From NCBI GenBank assembly GCA_951406725.2, contig OX597819.1, positions 45,942,001-46,006,000 of the forward strand: a stretch of DNA of 64,000 nucleotides, given 5' to 3'. The first letter of the stretch is position 1. Each line of letters begins with the position of its first letter. This DNA is from Octopus vulgaris (lineage: Eukaryota). This document shows positions 14,411 to 28,934 of the stretch, piece by piece. Made by a program: the position numbers and the translations under genes. The notes beneath the pieces were generated by a model. The model had not been told where the DNA came from, did no database searches, and was given only the letters and a program-made list of their open reading frames with translations.

Positions 14411-14935
14411 TAGTATTGAGTAATATTTAGTGAGCCAATGCCTTCATTCCGTACATAGTGTAAACGTGACCCGGTCAGGATTGTCTCTAAATCTCATGCA
14501 AAGATTCCTATCACCGGTCGTTCTGATTTTTAGGATGATCTTCATTCAACGATAATCTAGAATTCTCGCTGTCTCCAGCGTTGAATGTCGATACTACACA
14601 CATGTTCATGTGCTTACATAAATGCATTTAAATCCTGTACTTCCATACATTTAATGTTTATATGTATAAGGTTTATTTCAAGCGTGTACGAATGGGATTT
14701 TAATCTTTTTCTGTTTCATGAGACTATGGAAGTGATGTTAACGATCATAATAACGATTTCAACTCAGAAGGGGAAATTTTGTAACTAATCCCGATTAGAA
14801 GCAATTTCACTACCTATATTATTTCCATTCATCGCTCTCTTCATCTTTTCAAATAAATTTACAACACACACACACGCTTGCAAAAGCATACACTAACACA
14901 CCCACGGGGTGCATGCCTACACAAGCAAACATATA

Positions 14936-15166
14936 TATTTCTTTACTACCCACAAGGGGCTAAACACAGAGGGGACAAACAAGGTCAGACAAATGGATTA
15001 AGTCCATTATATCGACCCCAGTGCGCAAATGGTACTTAATTTATCGACCCCGAAAGGATGAAAGGCAAAGTCGACCTCGGCGGAATTTGAACTCAGAACA
15101 TAACGGCAGACGAAATACTGCTAAGCATTTCGCCCGGCGAGCTAACGTTTCTGCCAGCTCGCCGCC
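14936..15166 (-). mobile_element. tRNA-derived SINE, family B, full length and young
   Basis: Minus strand GGCGGCGAGCTGGCAGAAACGTTAGC..GAGTTCAAATTCC (B box)..GCCTTTCATCCTTTCGGGGTCGATAAATTAAGTACC..CCCCTTGTGGGTAGTAAAGAAATA. Confidence 0.92.
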
Positions 15167-15364
15167 TTTTCAAGCAAACATATAGTAACATACGCGCATG
15201 AGCGTCCACACAATGAAACTAAATAAACAGAATTACAAACAACAATGCATATGTAGTATTCGTTGTTACTGAATAATGAAACCGGAAAAAAAAACAGAAA
15301 GACTATTGCAACGTTCTCATTTTACCAATTATTGAAAAACAGTACGAGAAATATTGTTAGCATA

Positions 15365-15770
15365 GGCGCAGGAGTGGCTGTGTGGTAAGTAGCTTGTTTA
15401 CCAACCACATGGCTCCAGGTTCAGTCCCACTGCATGGCACCTTGGGCAAGTGTCTTCTACTATAGCCTCGGGCCGACCAAAGCCTTGTGAGTGGATTTTG
15501 GTAGACGGAAACTGAAAGAAGCCCGTCGTATATATGTATATATATATATGCGTGTGTGTGTTTGTGTGTCTGTGTTTGTCCCCCTAGCATTGCTTGACAA
15601 CCGATGCTGGTGTGTTTATGTCCCCGTTACTTAGCGGTTCGGCAAAAGAGACCGATAGAATAAGTACTGGGCTTACAAAAGAATAAGTCCCGGGGTCGAG
15701 TTGCTCGATTAAAGGCGGTGCTCCAGCATGGCCGCAGTCAAATGATTGAAACAAGTATAAGAGTAAAGAG
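15365..15770 (+). mobile_element. SINE family A, full length and young
   Basis: Complete head, internal microsatellite and tail. Confidence 0.92.
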
Positions 15771-16361
15771 TATATTACATATATTGTAAAATACAAGGTT
15801 TGGTTAGATAATATGGGAAGGGAAAATGGTGTAGAAGGCGCTAAATGATAGGCGTACACTATCTAGGCCAAGCTATCTAAACGATTAAAAAAATAGACTT
15901 TACATGTTAAACAGAATCACTTTCATAAAGAGTTCTTGGTTTTAAAGATGCAAAATCGTACAGTCGTTCCAAGAATCCGTGCATTTATCTCAGAAGTATA
16001 TTAAATACTGTTTCCAAAGGTCCCGCTCTTCAAAAAGAAGCTGGATCTGGCTTCTAGTTGTTTGCATGTAAGATACATAACACTAACATTTTTCAAACCC
16101 TTCGTTAGGAAATTTTCGTACAGCTAATACAGTGAAAGTGACCGCCCTGTGTTGATTCTACCGCTTACATTCGCAGGAAATGTAGAACGCATGAATTATT
16201 TTTCAGATAAATATTTCCCCTAATAAAACAGTAATTTTTCCTATGTAACTGGAAGCCTTTTAGGTAAAGAGCGTGCATGAAACTACTTTTGGTATTTTTA
16301 TTATTTATGATTTTTTTCAATATGCTTTCCACCGTAAAGAAGGCTTATAATGCCAAAGAAA

Positions 16362-16375
16362 TAATAATGATGATG

Positions 16376-16440
<65 letters not shown>

Positions 16441-16472
16441 TACTATTAATATTATCATCATCATTATTATTA
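16362..16472. repeat. (ATT)n microsatellite
   Basis: Direct observation; source of the poly-Ile ORFs. Confidence 0.95.
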
Positions 16473-16507
16473 CATATAAATATAGATAGATAGATATATA
16501 TATATAT

Positions 16508-16538
<31 letters not shown>

Positions 16539-16900
16539 TGAGAATCCCTAACTTTTGTGCAGCTCTCTGAGAAAAAACGTATAAATAGCCCAAGGTTTAA
16601 TATCCGATATTGTTTCTTTTTGTCAAAGATTATCTACCAGTACAGTTACTAATGGACAGGTGCGATTTCAAATCGACTAGCTGCTATTTCTAGTAGGCGA
16701 ACCGACAGAGTAAAGTGAGAGAATTATCAATTTCTATGTTTTCGAACTAATTTTGAATAAAAAATCTTTCGTTTCCTAAAAGGTATCAATAATTTCGATA
16801 CAACTTACTTCTGTACACCTGGTGTATACACATAACGCAACATATGCAAATATGTATGCATATATATCTACATACATATATACATACATACATACATACA

Positions 16901-16932
<32 letters not shown>

Positions 16933-16933
16933 G

Positions 16934-16990
<57 letters not shown>

Positions 16991-17689
16991 CATATATATA
17001 CACACATACATACATATATATATATATATACACCTTATGTTCGTTTCTATGTGGTTTGTACATTTCCGATTATATAACAAGAGTTGGCAAAACTCAACAC
17101 GTCCAAACATTGTCATCGAACATAACAATTATGTACAGACGTTTGGAAAGATACGTTAAAAGAGATAAGACAAAATGTTTTATTTATTTGCGCTTACGTG
17201 TTATTTCTGACACCCACCCCAACTCTTTCTGTAAATAACATCCCTTTCAGTCCTAACGTCGTCACTGAACACCATGTATGATGGATTACAGAGTACCGCC
17301 ATTTTTGTTGTTGTTTTTTTCCCCCTATTCTTTGCTTTTCCGTCTAGTTGTATTTTTGTTATTATTTCTCTTTTTATAAAAAAATTTCTTTTGGCAAGCG
17401 TATTCAAAGATTTTGATTGATTGGATCATAACTTGGCAGAATCTAGCGTTTTCACTGATTTTATTCCAGGTTAATCTCGGCGTATTGGAAATCAGTTAAA
17501 GAGAGAAGCGAGATAGTGTTTAAATTAACTTCAACTAGTCAACTTCTCACTTAAAGCAACATCACTGCTGTCGCCGGTAGATGAATCACTTCCTAATGAA
17601 ACTTCCGGATTCGTATGGGGGTTTGTTACAAACACAAATGAACGCGTGCGCGCACGCACAAATATAAGGACAAATGCACAAACACACAC

Positions 17690-18370
<681 letters not shown>

Positions 18371-18461
18371 AAATTATAAATATATCGTGTCACGTATAGT
18401 GCCCCAACACGGAGCGCATCGTTATAGTTTGTGCGAGATCTAGAAATAGTATTTAAATCTA

Positions 18462-19171
18462 CAGGCTGGTCCGAAAGTCTTTTTACTCACTACATATTAT
18501 TTTTTATTGTTATAATTATCATAATTTTTTGTTTTAACACAACCCGCCCACTTGTAATGATTTGGGCCGCCATATCGTGTAAGCACCTGATAGGACTGTA
18601 TTTCTCCGAGGGCACTAACCAGAAATATTAGTTAACGATGTTAAGGGAGTGGTTTGCTCCACAGATCCAGAGGCTGAATGTTGACCTGAATTTTTGTTGG
18701 CTTCAACACGATGGTGCCCCATCCCACTATGCTATCACTGTCCGGAAATACCTAAATGAAGTTTTTCGGGATAAATGGATAGGGTTAGGATCGCATCAAC
18801 ATCTAGCACCTGTCGACTGGCCTCCTAGAAGTCCAGACCTTGTGACTTGCGATGACATTCCGTGGGTTATCCTCAAGGAGAGTGTTTCACATGAACGATA
18901 CGAGAATACCCATCAGTTGAAGCACGCCGTTCGGAGAGCCTTTGCAACAATCACCAAAGCACAGATTCAAAAAATATCACACAGGACATGGCGTCGCATC
19001 ATTTTGTGCCACGAAAATGATGGTGTTCATAAAGACCTTCTCAATGTGTGACAGCTAGAATGAAAGTGAATAAATTAAATCCAGCTCATACTTAAGAGAA
19101 CTGCATCACTTGTTTTTCTTTTGTTCTCGTTACTTTTTGGTAGAGAATAACAAGATTTTCGGACCACCCTG
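18462..19171 (+). mobile_element. Internally deleted Tc1/mariner (rosa-like) DNA transposon with TIRs and TA target duplication
   Basis: TA-CAGGCTGGTCCGAAAGTC ... GATTTTCGGACCACCCTG-TA. Transposase C-terminal half reads VMIWAAIS..LQHDGAPSH..WPPRSPDLVTCD..WVILKESV. Confidence 0.92.
18550..19051 (+). pseudogene. DDD transposase catalytic-domain remnant
   Basis: ORF 18638..19051 plus an upstream piece interrupted by a stop; N-terminal HTH domain absent. Confidence 0.88.
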
Positions 19172-19294
19172 TACATCAAATTAAGCCGAGATGAGTACAT
19201 TTTTGTCTTCATCAACGTTGACTGCTATTTCTGGCGAGTCGCGTAACTATTTAAGAGCTTTGTTATATGTACCAATAATATAAGTTATTAACAA

Positions 19295-19498
19295 GACAGC
19301 GAGCGGGCAGAATCTTTAGCACGCCGGGCGAAATGCTTAGAAGTATTTCGTCTGTCTTTCGGTCTGAGTTCAAATTCCGCTGAGGCCTTTCATCCTTTCG
19401 GGGTCGATAAATTAATTACCAATTGCGTACTGGGGTTGATCTAATCGGCTGGCCCCCTCCTCTAAAATTTTGGGCCTTCTGCCTAGAGTAGAAAAGAA
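19295..19498 (+). mobile_element. SINE family B (alternative tail GCCTAGAGTAGAAAAGAAT)
   Basis: Head and core match family B. Confidence 0.85.
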
Positions 19499-19864
19499 TG
19501 CAACTGAGTAACAATTAGCTGATCATGAAACAACGGCAACACCAGTGACTATTTCACATAACTGTCAGTTGTTTATGCATGTAGCAAAGCAGATCTTTCA
19601 TTCCACATAGCCTACAGTTAATTTATATTATGCAATTCATTGGTATCAGATCGTTTAAGAATGTAACAATGTAAATGCTTGGTTCAGTAGTTAACGTGTT
19701 TCCATAAGAATCATGAATCCGTAGGTTCAGTCCCTTGGCTTTGCGTTGCGTTGTGAACTTAAGCAAGGCATTTAATATATATATATATGTTCTGTTGAAC
19801 ATTTGTATATAAGCATAGGCGCACACACAAAAACACGCATTTATATATGTATATTTTATTATTA

Positions 19865-20370
19865 GTACAAGGCCAGAAATATTAGGAAAGAGAAAATGTC
19901 GATTAAATGGATCCCAGGACATCACTAGTACTTTATTATATTGACTCCCCACCCCAGACGGATGAAAGACAAAGTCGACCTCGGTGGAATTTGAACTCAG
20001 AACGTAGCAGCGGATGAAATACCGTTTGTATAGTGCATTTTACATACCACCGGTATAGGAGCCAGTCAGTGGGTACTAGCATTGGCCACATACACACACA
20101 CACACACATATATATATGCCAAAACAGACAGTGGAACTTGGTGCAAACCTTTGGCTTGCTAGAATTTGTCAAACAATCCAACCTATGCCAGCATGGAACA
20201 CGGACGTTAAAGGATGATGACACACTATGATTCTTTCAGTTACTTATTTCTTTATTTCCCACAAGGGGCTAAACATAGAGGGGACAAACAAGGACAGACA
20301 AGGGATTAAGTCGATTACATTGACCCCAGTAATGGTACTTAATTTATCGACCCTGAAAGGATGAAAGGCA
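19865..20370 (-). mobile_element. Family B SINE fragments (19865-20025 and 20245-20370)
   Basis: Reverse-complement core and tail matches. Confidence 0.75.
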
Positions 20371-20409
20371 TATATATATATATATATATATACATACATA
20401 CATACATAC

Positions 20410-20527
<118 letters not shown>

Positions 20528-20906
20528 TAGATATAGCCGCGGCTACACAGACACTTAAAACAATTATCGAAAGCATGGTGCATCATGTAGCGTCGCGAGT
20601 GACAACTGGTTGTGCTTTAAATACATAGATTCCATATAAGAGATATTAAACTACTATTCTCAACAGATTGTACAATTGTGTAGCGGCTCACTTTTCCGGC
20701 TCATTTTAATGGAGTGTATTTTTATGCGATGCTAGTAACGATTAAATATAACGATTCAGTAATGCAGCAGAGAAACTGGTGTTGCTCTACAGGAAGCTGT
20801 CATTAATTAAGTGTTTCGCTAACAAGCTGAATCAACTCTGATGCAGAAAAAGGCAGCAGTAGATAAGTGATGGTTTAAACGGTGTTTGCACGCAATTTGT
20901 AACATT

Positions 20907-21073
20907 GGAGGCGCAATGGCCTAGTGGCTAGGGCAGCGGACTTGCGGTCGGAGGATCGCGGTTTCGATTCCCAGACCGGGCGTTGTGTGTGTTTATTGAG
21001 CGAAAAACACCTAAAAGCTCCACGAGGCTCCGGCAGGAGGTGGTTATCCCTGATGTACTCTTTCACCACTCTA
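20907..21073 (+). mobile_element. tRNA-derived SINE, family C, 5' part
   Basis: GGAGGCGCAATGGCCTAGTGG (A box)..GGTTTCGATTCCC (B box); homologous to 36061-36366 and 53425-53612. Confidence 0.88.
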
Positions 21074-21227
21074 AATGTGGTGCTCCAGCATGGCCGCAGT
21101 CAAATGACTGAAACAAGTACAAAAAAAAAAAAAAAAAAAAAAATTGAAGGATTTTACTAGAAATGTGACGGATAGTCCCTTTTTTGGTGTTTAGGGTTGA
21201 GATTTTTTTAAAACATTGTCAATCTAT

Positions 21228-21600
21228 CTTTTATTTGTATCAGCCATTTGACTGCAGTCATGCTGGGGCAATGCTTTGAAGAATTTTAGTCGAACGAATC
21301 GACTCCAGGACGTTTTTTGTTTTTTTATAAAGCTTGGTAACGCTTTCACCGGTCACATTTGCTGAACCGCTGTGTTACATGAACGTAAACACGCCAACAG
21401 AGGTTGAAAAGCAGCGATGGGAGCCAAACAGACACAAAGACACACACTACGATCTTCTTCCGTTTTCCGTCTACAAAAAAATACACTCACAAGGCTCTGG
21501 TCGGCCCGAGGCTATAGTAGAAGACACTTGCCCAAGGTGCAACGCAGTGGGACTGAACCCGGAACTATATGGCTGGGAAGCAAGTTTCTTACCACACCGA
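21228..21600 (-). mobile_element. SINE family A, degenerate
   Basis: Reverse complement of the family A body and head. Confidence 0.8.
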
Positions 21601-22479
21601 ATGTAGAATAAGATTATAATTATGGTATTTCGACATATATAATGGAGTGAATTGATAAAAGCACGATTAAATGAGATTATCCTTACAGTTAGTAGACATA
21701 AACACCCGCTTGTGTAATTTTAAATAAAAGCAAGTCAGCAACAACTTAGGGTAATTATTTTACAGACAATGGGAGTAGAAACTGTAACCTTAATTTTGGT
21801 GGTATTGAACTCAGAATGCTTAAAGCCAGAGCGGTACTGAATGTATCTTATGATCCAGCGAATCTGCCAATCTAGATTATGCTAGGTCTGGATAACAGAA
21901 CGAAGCTAAAGTGTAAATTTAATAAAAAATAAAATGCGCACTTTCTATATTATTTCGAGTTCAGTTCACTTTATTATTCAAGTAAAGTTTAATATAACAA
22001 CCGAATAACCACAACGACCAGAATTATATTATATTAATGCGGAAAACGGTTGTGAAATGTAAAACGTTCTGCATGTGTGTTTTACGAATACTACAGAGAA
22101 AGAAATCTTGTAATTATATTGTTTGCAGTCCTTCTACACTCATAAGTCTGATGCGGTTGATGTTTATTAAACATCTGTAATTATGGCGTTTCCATAAGAA
22201 TCACTGGGATGAAAACAATTTCGTGTGATTATGTAGCATTTAAATCAGGAGTCCATGATAGAAATGAAAAGAAGAGAGAAGGTGGATGTATCAGGTTGAC
22301 TTGCCTAGATAAATGTATCTATGTAGAAGCTTTAGATGTCAAGAGACCATTGTAATAGCAGTGGAAGAATAGAAAGAATGAACATTAGCTTTGTGAGCAG
22401 ATAATCGTAGTTTGCTGGTGAAATCTTCAAACGTCTACGGCTATAATACTAACAGATCATCTTCTAGCCTGGTGTGGAA

Positions 22480-23012
22480 CCACTGTGTGTTTTGTTCTTC
22501 CAACAGGCACCCACATCCGGGCAGCCTAACTGAAGTCGATCAATCCCAAGCCTCTGTCCAAGTGGCATTCCACTGAACTAGCAGACCTGCCGTTTTAGTC
22601 AGAACTGTGTAAAGGCCTACTCAGTAGCCTCCAAGATTTTTCATAATAGCTCTTCTGTTCAAGTCTGCGATGCGTATGATTCCTTTACTGAATGAGCAGC
22701 ATTCAAACCCTTGACTGCTCACTTCTGTTGGCATGTACTTCGTTCTCCACCAGCCCTGTCTCTCTCTTGCACAAGGCACAGTTAGTTCTAACAGAATAAG
22801 CTATCGTTGACCTTAGAAATTAAGCTATTGTAATGCCTCAAGGACTGGTGGGTAGCGTTTCATGGACATTTTAGCTGCCTCTCCTGGTCAACATTCATCA
22901 CTCTGTCACATTCTGTAGAACACAAGAAATTAGAGAACTTCTTGAGTCTTTTCTTCAACCGGAATCTCTATGGATATTAATATGAAATCTGGTGATAGGT
23001 TAGTAGAAACGT
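22480..23012 (-). mobile_element. Possible restriction-like endonuclease C-terminus of a HERO/NeSL-type non-LTR element, decayed
   Basis: Minus-strand pieces STNLSPDFILISIEIPVEEK (compare RPD..ELTVPWEE) and RQGWWRTKYMPTEVSSQGF (compare GW..P.EVG.RGF). Confidence 0.45.
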
Positions 23013-24104
23013 GAAAGGGGTGTATCAAAGTCTTTCGAATATTAGTTTACATTACATTGCATCCTATTATTGCCAGTTTTGTTCATGCTTTTCATTTCGC
23101 CGTTTTGTGCTCAATAAAATAAATAGTAGTAATGAACTAGGATTAATTCAAAACATTATACTGCATCACTACAAATGTGTTGCTTGCCTTGTGCCAATAA
23201 AAGCGATCGATAGAAATGCAAAAGATGGTAGCAGACGCTGCATGAGGATATTAACACTCTCAGTTGACTGATATTACAACTACAACGCTGTTCTTATATT
23301 GGCACAATTGGTTGTTACTGAAAACTAAGAACGTTCATTCATTTAGCAGCCGCCATTTTTGTTACAAACATCGAAGAAAACGTAACAAAACAAATAGCAA
23401 ACAGAAAAAGGAATGACAAGTTTGTTTTATGATATTTCTTTCTTTCTTTCTAGTTTTGCTCCTAAACAACCATAATAAATCCTGTTTGGAGGCGACTGTT
23501 AAAAAAAGACACTATATATATATACATATACGTATATATGATAAAATAAACCTCTCGCTTCAATGTTCTAACAAAGTAGCTTTCACTGGCATTAGAGACT
23601 TCGGAATGTATCTAGAATAAACATTAACGCAAAGAATGCAGAAGGACCGCTGATTAAAACGATGAAGAAGAAAAAAAATTAGTTTTGAGTCAGAAGTAAA
23701 AATGTTCATCAGCAGATATTATAATAGAGGAAGGAAAGGAATCTGGAAATAAACAACTATAAAAACAAAACAAAAAATACAAAAAAATTATCTGCATCAT
23801 CATCATCGTCATCAACGTGAACAACAACAATAACAACAGCAATAAGGAAAGTATGTGGTTGGTAAAATAAGGAACTTATTTATAGGTAAATGAAAATAAA
23901 ATAAACAAAAGTAACATTCCTATCGCGAAACACAAATAAACAGTACTGATAAGAATTGAAGAAAAAAATAATTCTACTTTACACACACTCTCTCTCCTCA
24001 ATTTCCTTTCGGTCACCTCCCCCTATTTCTCTCTTTCTTTCTCTCCTTCTCTGTCTCATTCAAACTCTATGTTTTTCCATCGCTATCTCTATCTTTCTCA
24101 CGTT

Positions 24105-25045
<941 letters not shown>

Positions 25046-25094
25046 CAAATAGATATATACTTAGTCAAATAGGAATGTAATACATATACATAGG

Positions 25095-25400
25095 TATGCA
25101 GTATCGAATATTACAAAAGCTCGGGTTTAAAGGGCCCACAGTTCTTCAATATCCTCCCCAAAAGCCTAAAAGACTTCCGTGGGACGGATGTTGGTGGTTT
25201 CGAAACAGAAGTGGATCTCTTCCTGTTGAGGGTTCTAGATGAACCGACCTCACTGCAGGATACATTGATGAGGATAGCAAAATCTAAATCCCTCATTCAT
25301 CAAATATCAGAGCAGGTTCAAGTAGCGAAAGTTAGGAAAGGTAACGGCCATGCCCCAGAGTGGGCGTAGCTCTGGAACTGAAGCTAATAAAAGCAAATAA
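25095..25400 (+). mobile_element. 3' end of a CR1/L2-like LINE
   Basis: LGFKGPQFFNILPKSLKD..FETEVDLFLLRVLDEP..SKSLIHQ matches the ORF2 C-terminal GP.LFN.LP..FK..LD.FL..PDEP..NSL motif; short 3' UTR and A-rich tail. Confidence 0.85.
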
Positions 25401-25429
25401 TATATAGACATATATATATATATATACAC

Positions 25430-25463
<34 letters not shown>

Positions 25464-25613
25464 TTTATTATCTGCATGTGTGTATGTGCATATATATTAT
25501 ATTACATTTAATATTATTTATTATATGTATATGAACAGGAAGATAGAACTCAAAACATGATTATTAATGTCTATTTTATATATGCGTGTGTATGAGTGTG
25601 TGTGTGTGTATGT

Positions 25614-25731
<118 letters not shown>

Positions 25732-25808
25732 AGAGAGAATATAGAAATAGATATACACATTACCATCACACACACTCACTCACTCACACACATATACACA
25801 CACATGAT

Positions 25809-25839
<31 letters not shown>

Positions 25840-26326
25840 CAGAGACAGAGACAGAGATGAAAATATTGTTGAAGTATTACAAGAAGTATTTTCTTGCGCA
25901 AGATATTTTTTTAAAGTAAAACAGAAAGCGAGCCTATCTTCCCATACACTTTTTTATACGTCCAACGTACTAATGATAATATAAAATAGATTGCCGAAAA
26001 AAGATAAAAATAAAGGAGAGTAAAAAAAAAAAAGAGTTGCAACTGATAACGGAAATGGTACTAAAACAAGATGATTTGTGAAATTCTGGTAATCGATAAA
26101 GAATATATTGATATTGATAAGAAATTTCTGGAATAGACAAACTTTGTTTAGATGTAAAAAGTTGTTTTGCGAAATAATTGAATGTATGTTTTTCATAATG
26201 AATAATATTCGTAAATAGAATAATATTATTAATTTGGTTGTTAATTGGTTAATATTAGTTGCGCACGCAGTCGCTTTCGCTTAGAAAACGAAATCACATA
26301 TTCATATGTATATGTACTTGTGGACT

Positions 26327-26416
<90 letters not shown>

Positions 26417-26669
26417 TGTAAGTCAGTATTTGTGTGAGTGTGGAGGTAGCGGAGATAAAACTACGTTTTAGAGATATATCTTTTACTTGTTTCAGTCATT
26501 TGACTGTGGCCATGCTGGAGCACCGCCTTTAGTCGAACAAATCGACACCAGGACTTATTCATTGTAAGCCTAGTACTTATTCTATCGGTTCTTTTTGCCG
26601 AACCGCTAAGTTATAGGGACGTAAACAGACCAGCATCGGTTGTCAAGCAATATTGGGGGACAAACACAG

Positions 26670-26700
<31 letters not shown>

Positions 26701-26703
26701 CAG

Positions 26704-26745
<42 letters not shown>

Positions 26746-27250
26746 TAGTTATCGCCATACTAATATGGCATTATTACTAAGTCTCTCTAAAAGAGAACAA
26801 CGGCAGCGTTCCCGGAAAATATTAGTTATCGCCATACTAATATGGCATTCTTATAAAAATAAGAATAAAGCTGACCGCTTATTAGCTCCATGAGGCCATC
26901 GCCTTAAGTTAGCTATTTGATACACAAACTGTATCCATATAACCTTTGAACAAGGGAGGTCAGTCGCTCCACACTACTTGGCCGGCAGCTACGACGCGTT
27001 TCGGGGTATTGCCCCTTTTCAATGCAGCGTAGCCAAACCAGTAGGTGTCGCTTCCGACAATCTCTGTTCAAAGGTTTTATTTACCTAGCTTCGGTGGAAT
27101 ACATCCACTTGTTTTCAATAATAGAAATATTAAAATTACTAAGTCTCTCTAAAAGAATGCCATATTAGTATGGCGATAACTAATATTTTCCGGGAACGCT
27201 GCCGTTGTTCTCTTTTAGAGAGACTTAGTAATTTTAATATTTCTATTATA
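26746..27250 (-). mobile_element. Non-coding Penelope-like/retrozyme-like element: 362-bp monomer with terminal redundancy plus an inverted segment of about 97 bp
   Basis: ATTACTAAGTCTCTCTAAAAGA at 26773 and 27135; 27153-27250 is the reverse complement of the monomer junction; (TA)n on both sides; HHR inside. Confidence 0.85.
26988..27028 (-). ncRNA. Minimal type I hammerhead, U3-A8 core variant
   Basis: GCTGC-A-TTGAAAA-GGGG-CAATA-CCCC-GAAA-CGCG-TC-GTAGC; palindromic stem III ACGCGT, triplet GUC. Confidence 0.78.
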
Positions 27251-27282
27251 TATATATATATTATATATATATCTTTTTATTA

Positions 27283-27342
<60 letters not shown>

Positions 27343-28616
27343 GACGGGTTTCTTTCAGTTTCCGTCTACCAAATCCACTCACAAGACTTTGGTCGGCCCG
27401 AGGCTAAAGTAGAAGACAGTTGCTCAACGTGCCACGCAGTTTGACTGAACCCGAAAGCATGTGGTTCATAAGCAAGCTACTTATCACACAGCCACTCCTA
27501 CGCCTATGTGTCGAAATTTTTATCTTTTACTCGTCTCAGCTCTTGGACTGCTTCCAAGCTCGGTACTTATTTTATCGGGTTCTTCGGTCGAACCACTAAT
27601 TTATGAGGAAGTAAAGAAACCAACAGTAGCTATTAAGCAGTAGTGGGAAGGTAGACAATCACAATTTTATGCATCAGTTACCATTTCTCTCCGAATGTAA
27701 AAAAATGTAAGAAATTATACGCTAGTCAACATCTCGTTGGAGAGTCACTATCAAACGCTGTCACGACAGGAAAGCTATCTGATTACAGATGTTAAAGAAA
27801 GCATTGACGACATTCACAAATATGTTTTAAAAGCTGTTGTTATTGTCTTCTTTGTCGCTATTGCATGGTTTCATATTATCTCCCACTCGCAGATAAACCT
27901 ATGAACAAAGATGTTCCAACTTAGTATTACGTGCTCTTTGTCTTATAAACATGATGCTCATATGTTAAGATGTAGTACATCCTAATCTTTTTAAAGACAG
28001 TCGGAACCATGTGGTTGGTAAGCAAGCTACTTACCACACAGCCACTCCTACGTTTAAAATGCGACATTGTTTTTGTAAATATCTACATTCCACACACATC
28101 AATACATAAAAACAAAACACGCTCGCACACACACTTTCTCACACACACAAGAACAAGCACACACATACAGACGTACACGCATTAGCTTTCTCTTCCACTT
28201 TGACACGTCAAACAGAACAAACACGCATGAAGCCAGCTCCATGCCAAACTACCGCTCATTGGTAGATGATGATTGAAAAATTAACCAATGAAATGCAACC
28301 ACCACACAAACGGCAACGATACCCATCACAATTTTATCCGCAACCTAGACATACATTGTCAGACACGCAGTACACTTGACTATAACATTCTCTTCTCGGT
28401 AACTGCGTGCCTGACAGATAATTCTTATACAAGAATCTTGTTCACTTGACATTGACTTAAAAGTTTCGGCGTACAAAGCTATCATCACTTACACTTCGAA
28501 GTCACTGTCAACAACATTCTTGTGTAAGAATAACAAATTCGTACACTATATAAATATAGAGATACCCATCAGATTAATGTGAATTTGCTTTATAGCTGCA
28601 AAACGAAACACATTAA

Positions 28617-28671
<55 letters not shown>

Positions 28672-28708
28672 GTATGTATGTATGTATATGTACATACATA
28701 CATATTAA

Positions 28709-28895
28709 TAGTTATCGCCAAGCTAATATGGCAGTCCAGAAATATAGGACGAATGCGGCCGTTCATTAGCTCCAAGAGGCCGTCGCCTCTAGCTAGCTAT
28801 GTAACACATGAACCTGTGTCCATTATGACCTTCGAAGAAGGGACTTCCAGTACCGATGCCGTAGTATCCTTTAGAGAGAGACTTAGAAATATTAA

Positions 28896-28900
<5 letters not shown>
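28709..28900 (-). mobile_element. Truncated relative of the 26746-27250 element
   Basis: Shares TAGTTATCGCCA..TAATATGGCA and ATTAGCTCCA.GAGGCC.TCGCCT, and the inverted end TTTAGAGAGA..CTTAG..AATATTT; lies in (TA)n. Confidence 0.7.

Positions 28901-28930
<30 letters not shown>

Positions 28931-28934
<4 letters not shown>

Larger units (their letters stand above)
26480..27505 (-). mobile_element. SINE family A split by an HHR element inserted in its internal microsatellite
   Basis: 3' half at 26480-26680 and 5' half at 27340-27505 are colinear on the minus strand. Confidence 0.88.

Noticed and set aside
20907-20980. tRNA genes at SINE heads (also 6660, 11691, 15365, 53425)
   Set aside because: A and B boxes are present, but each continues into a multicopy SINE body and I could not fold a complete cloverleaf.
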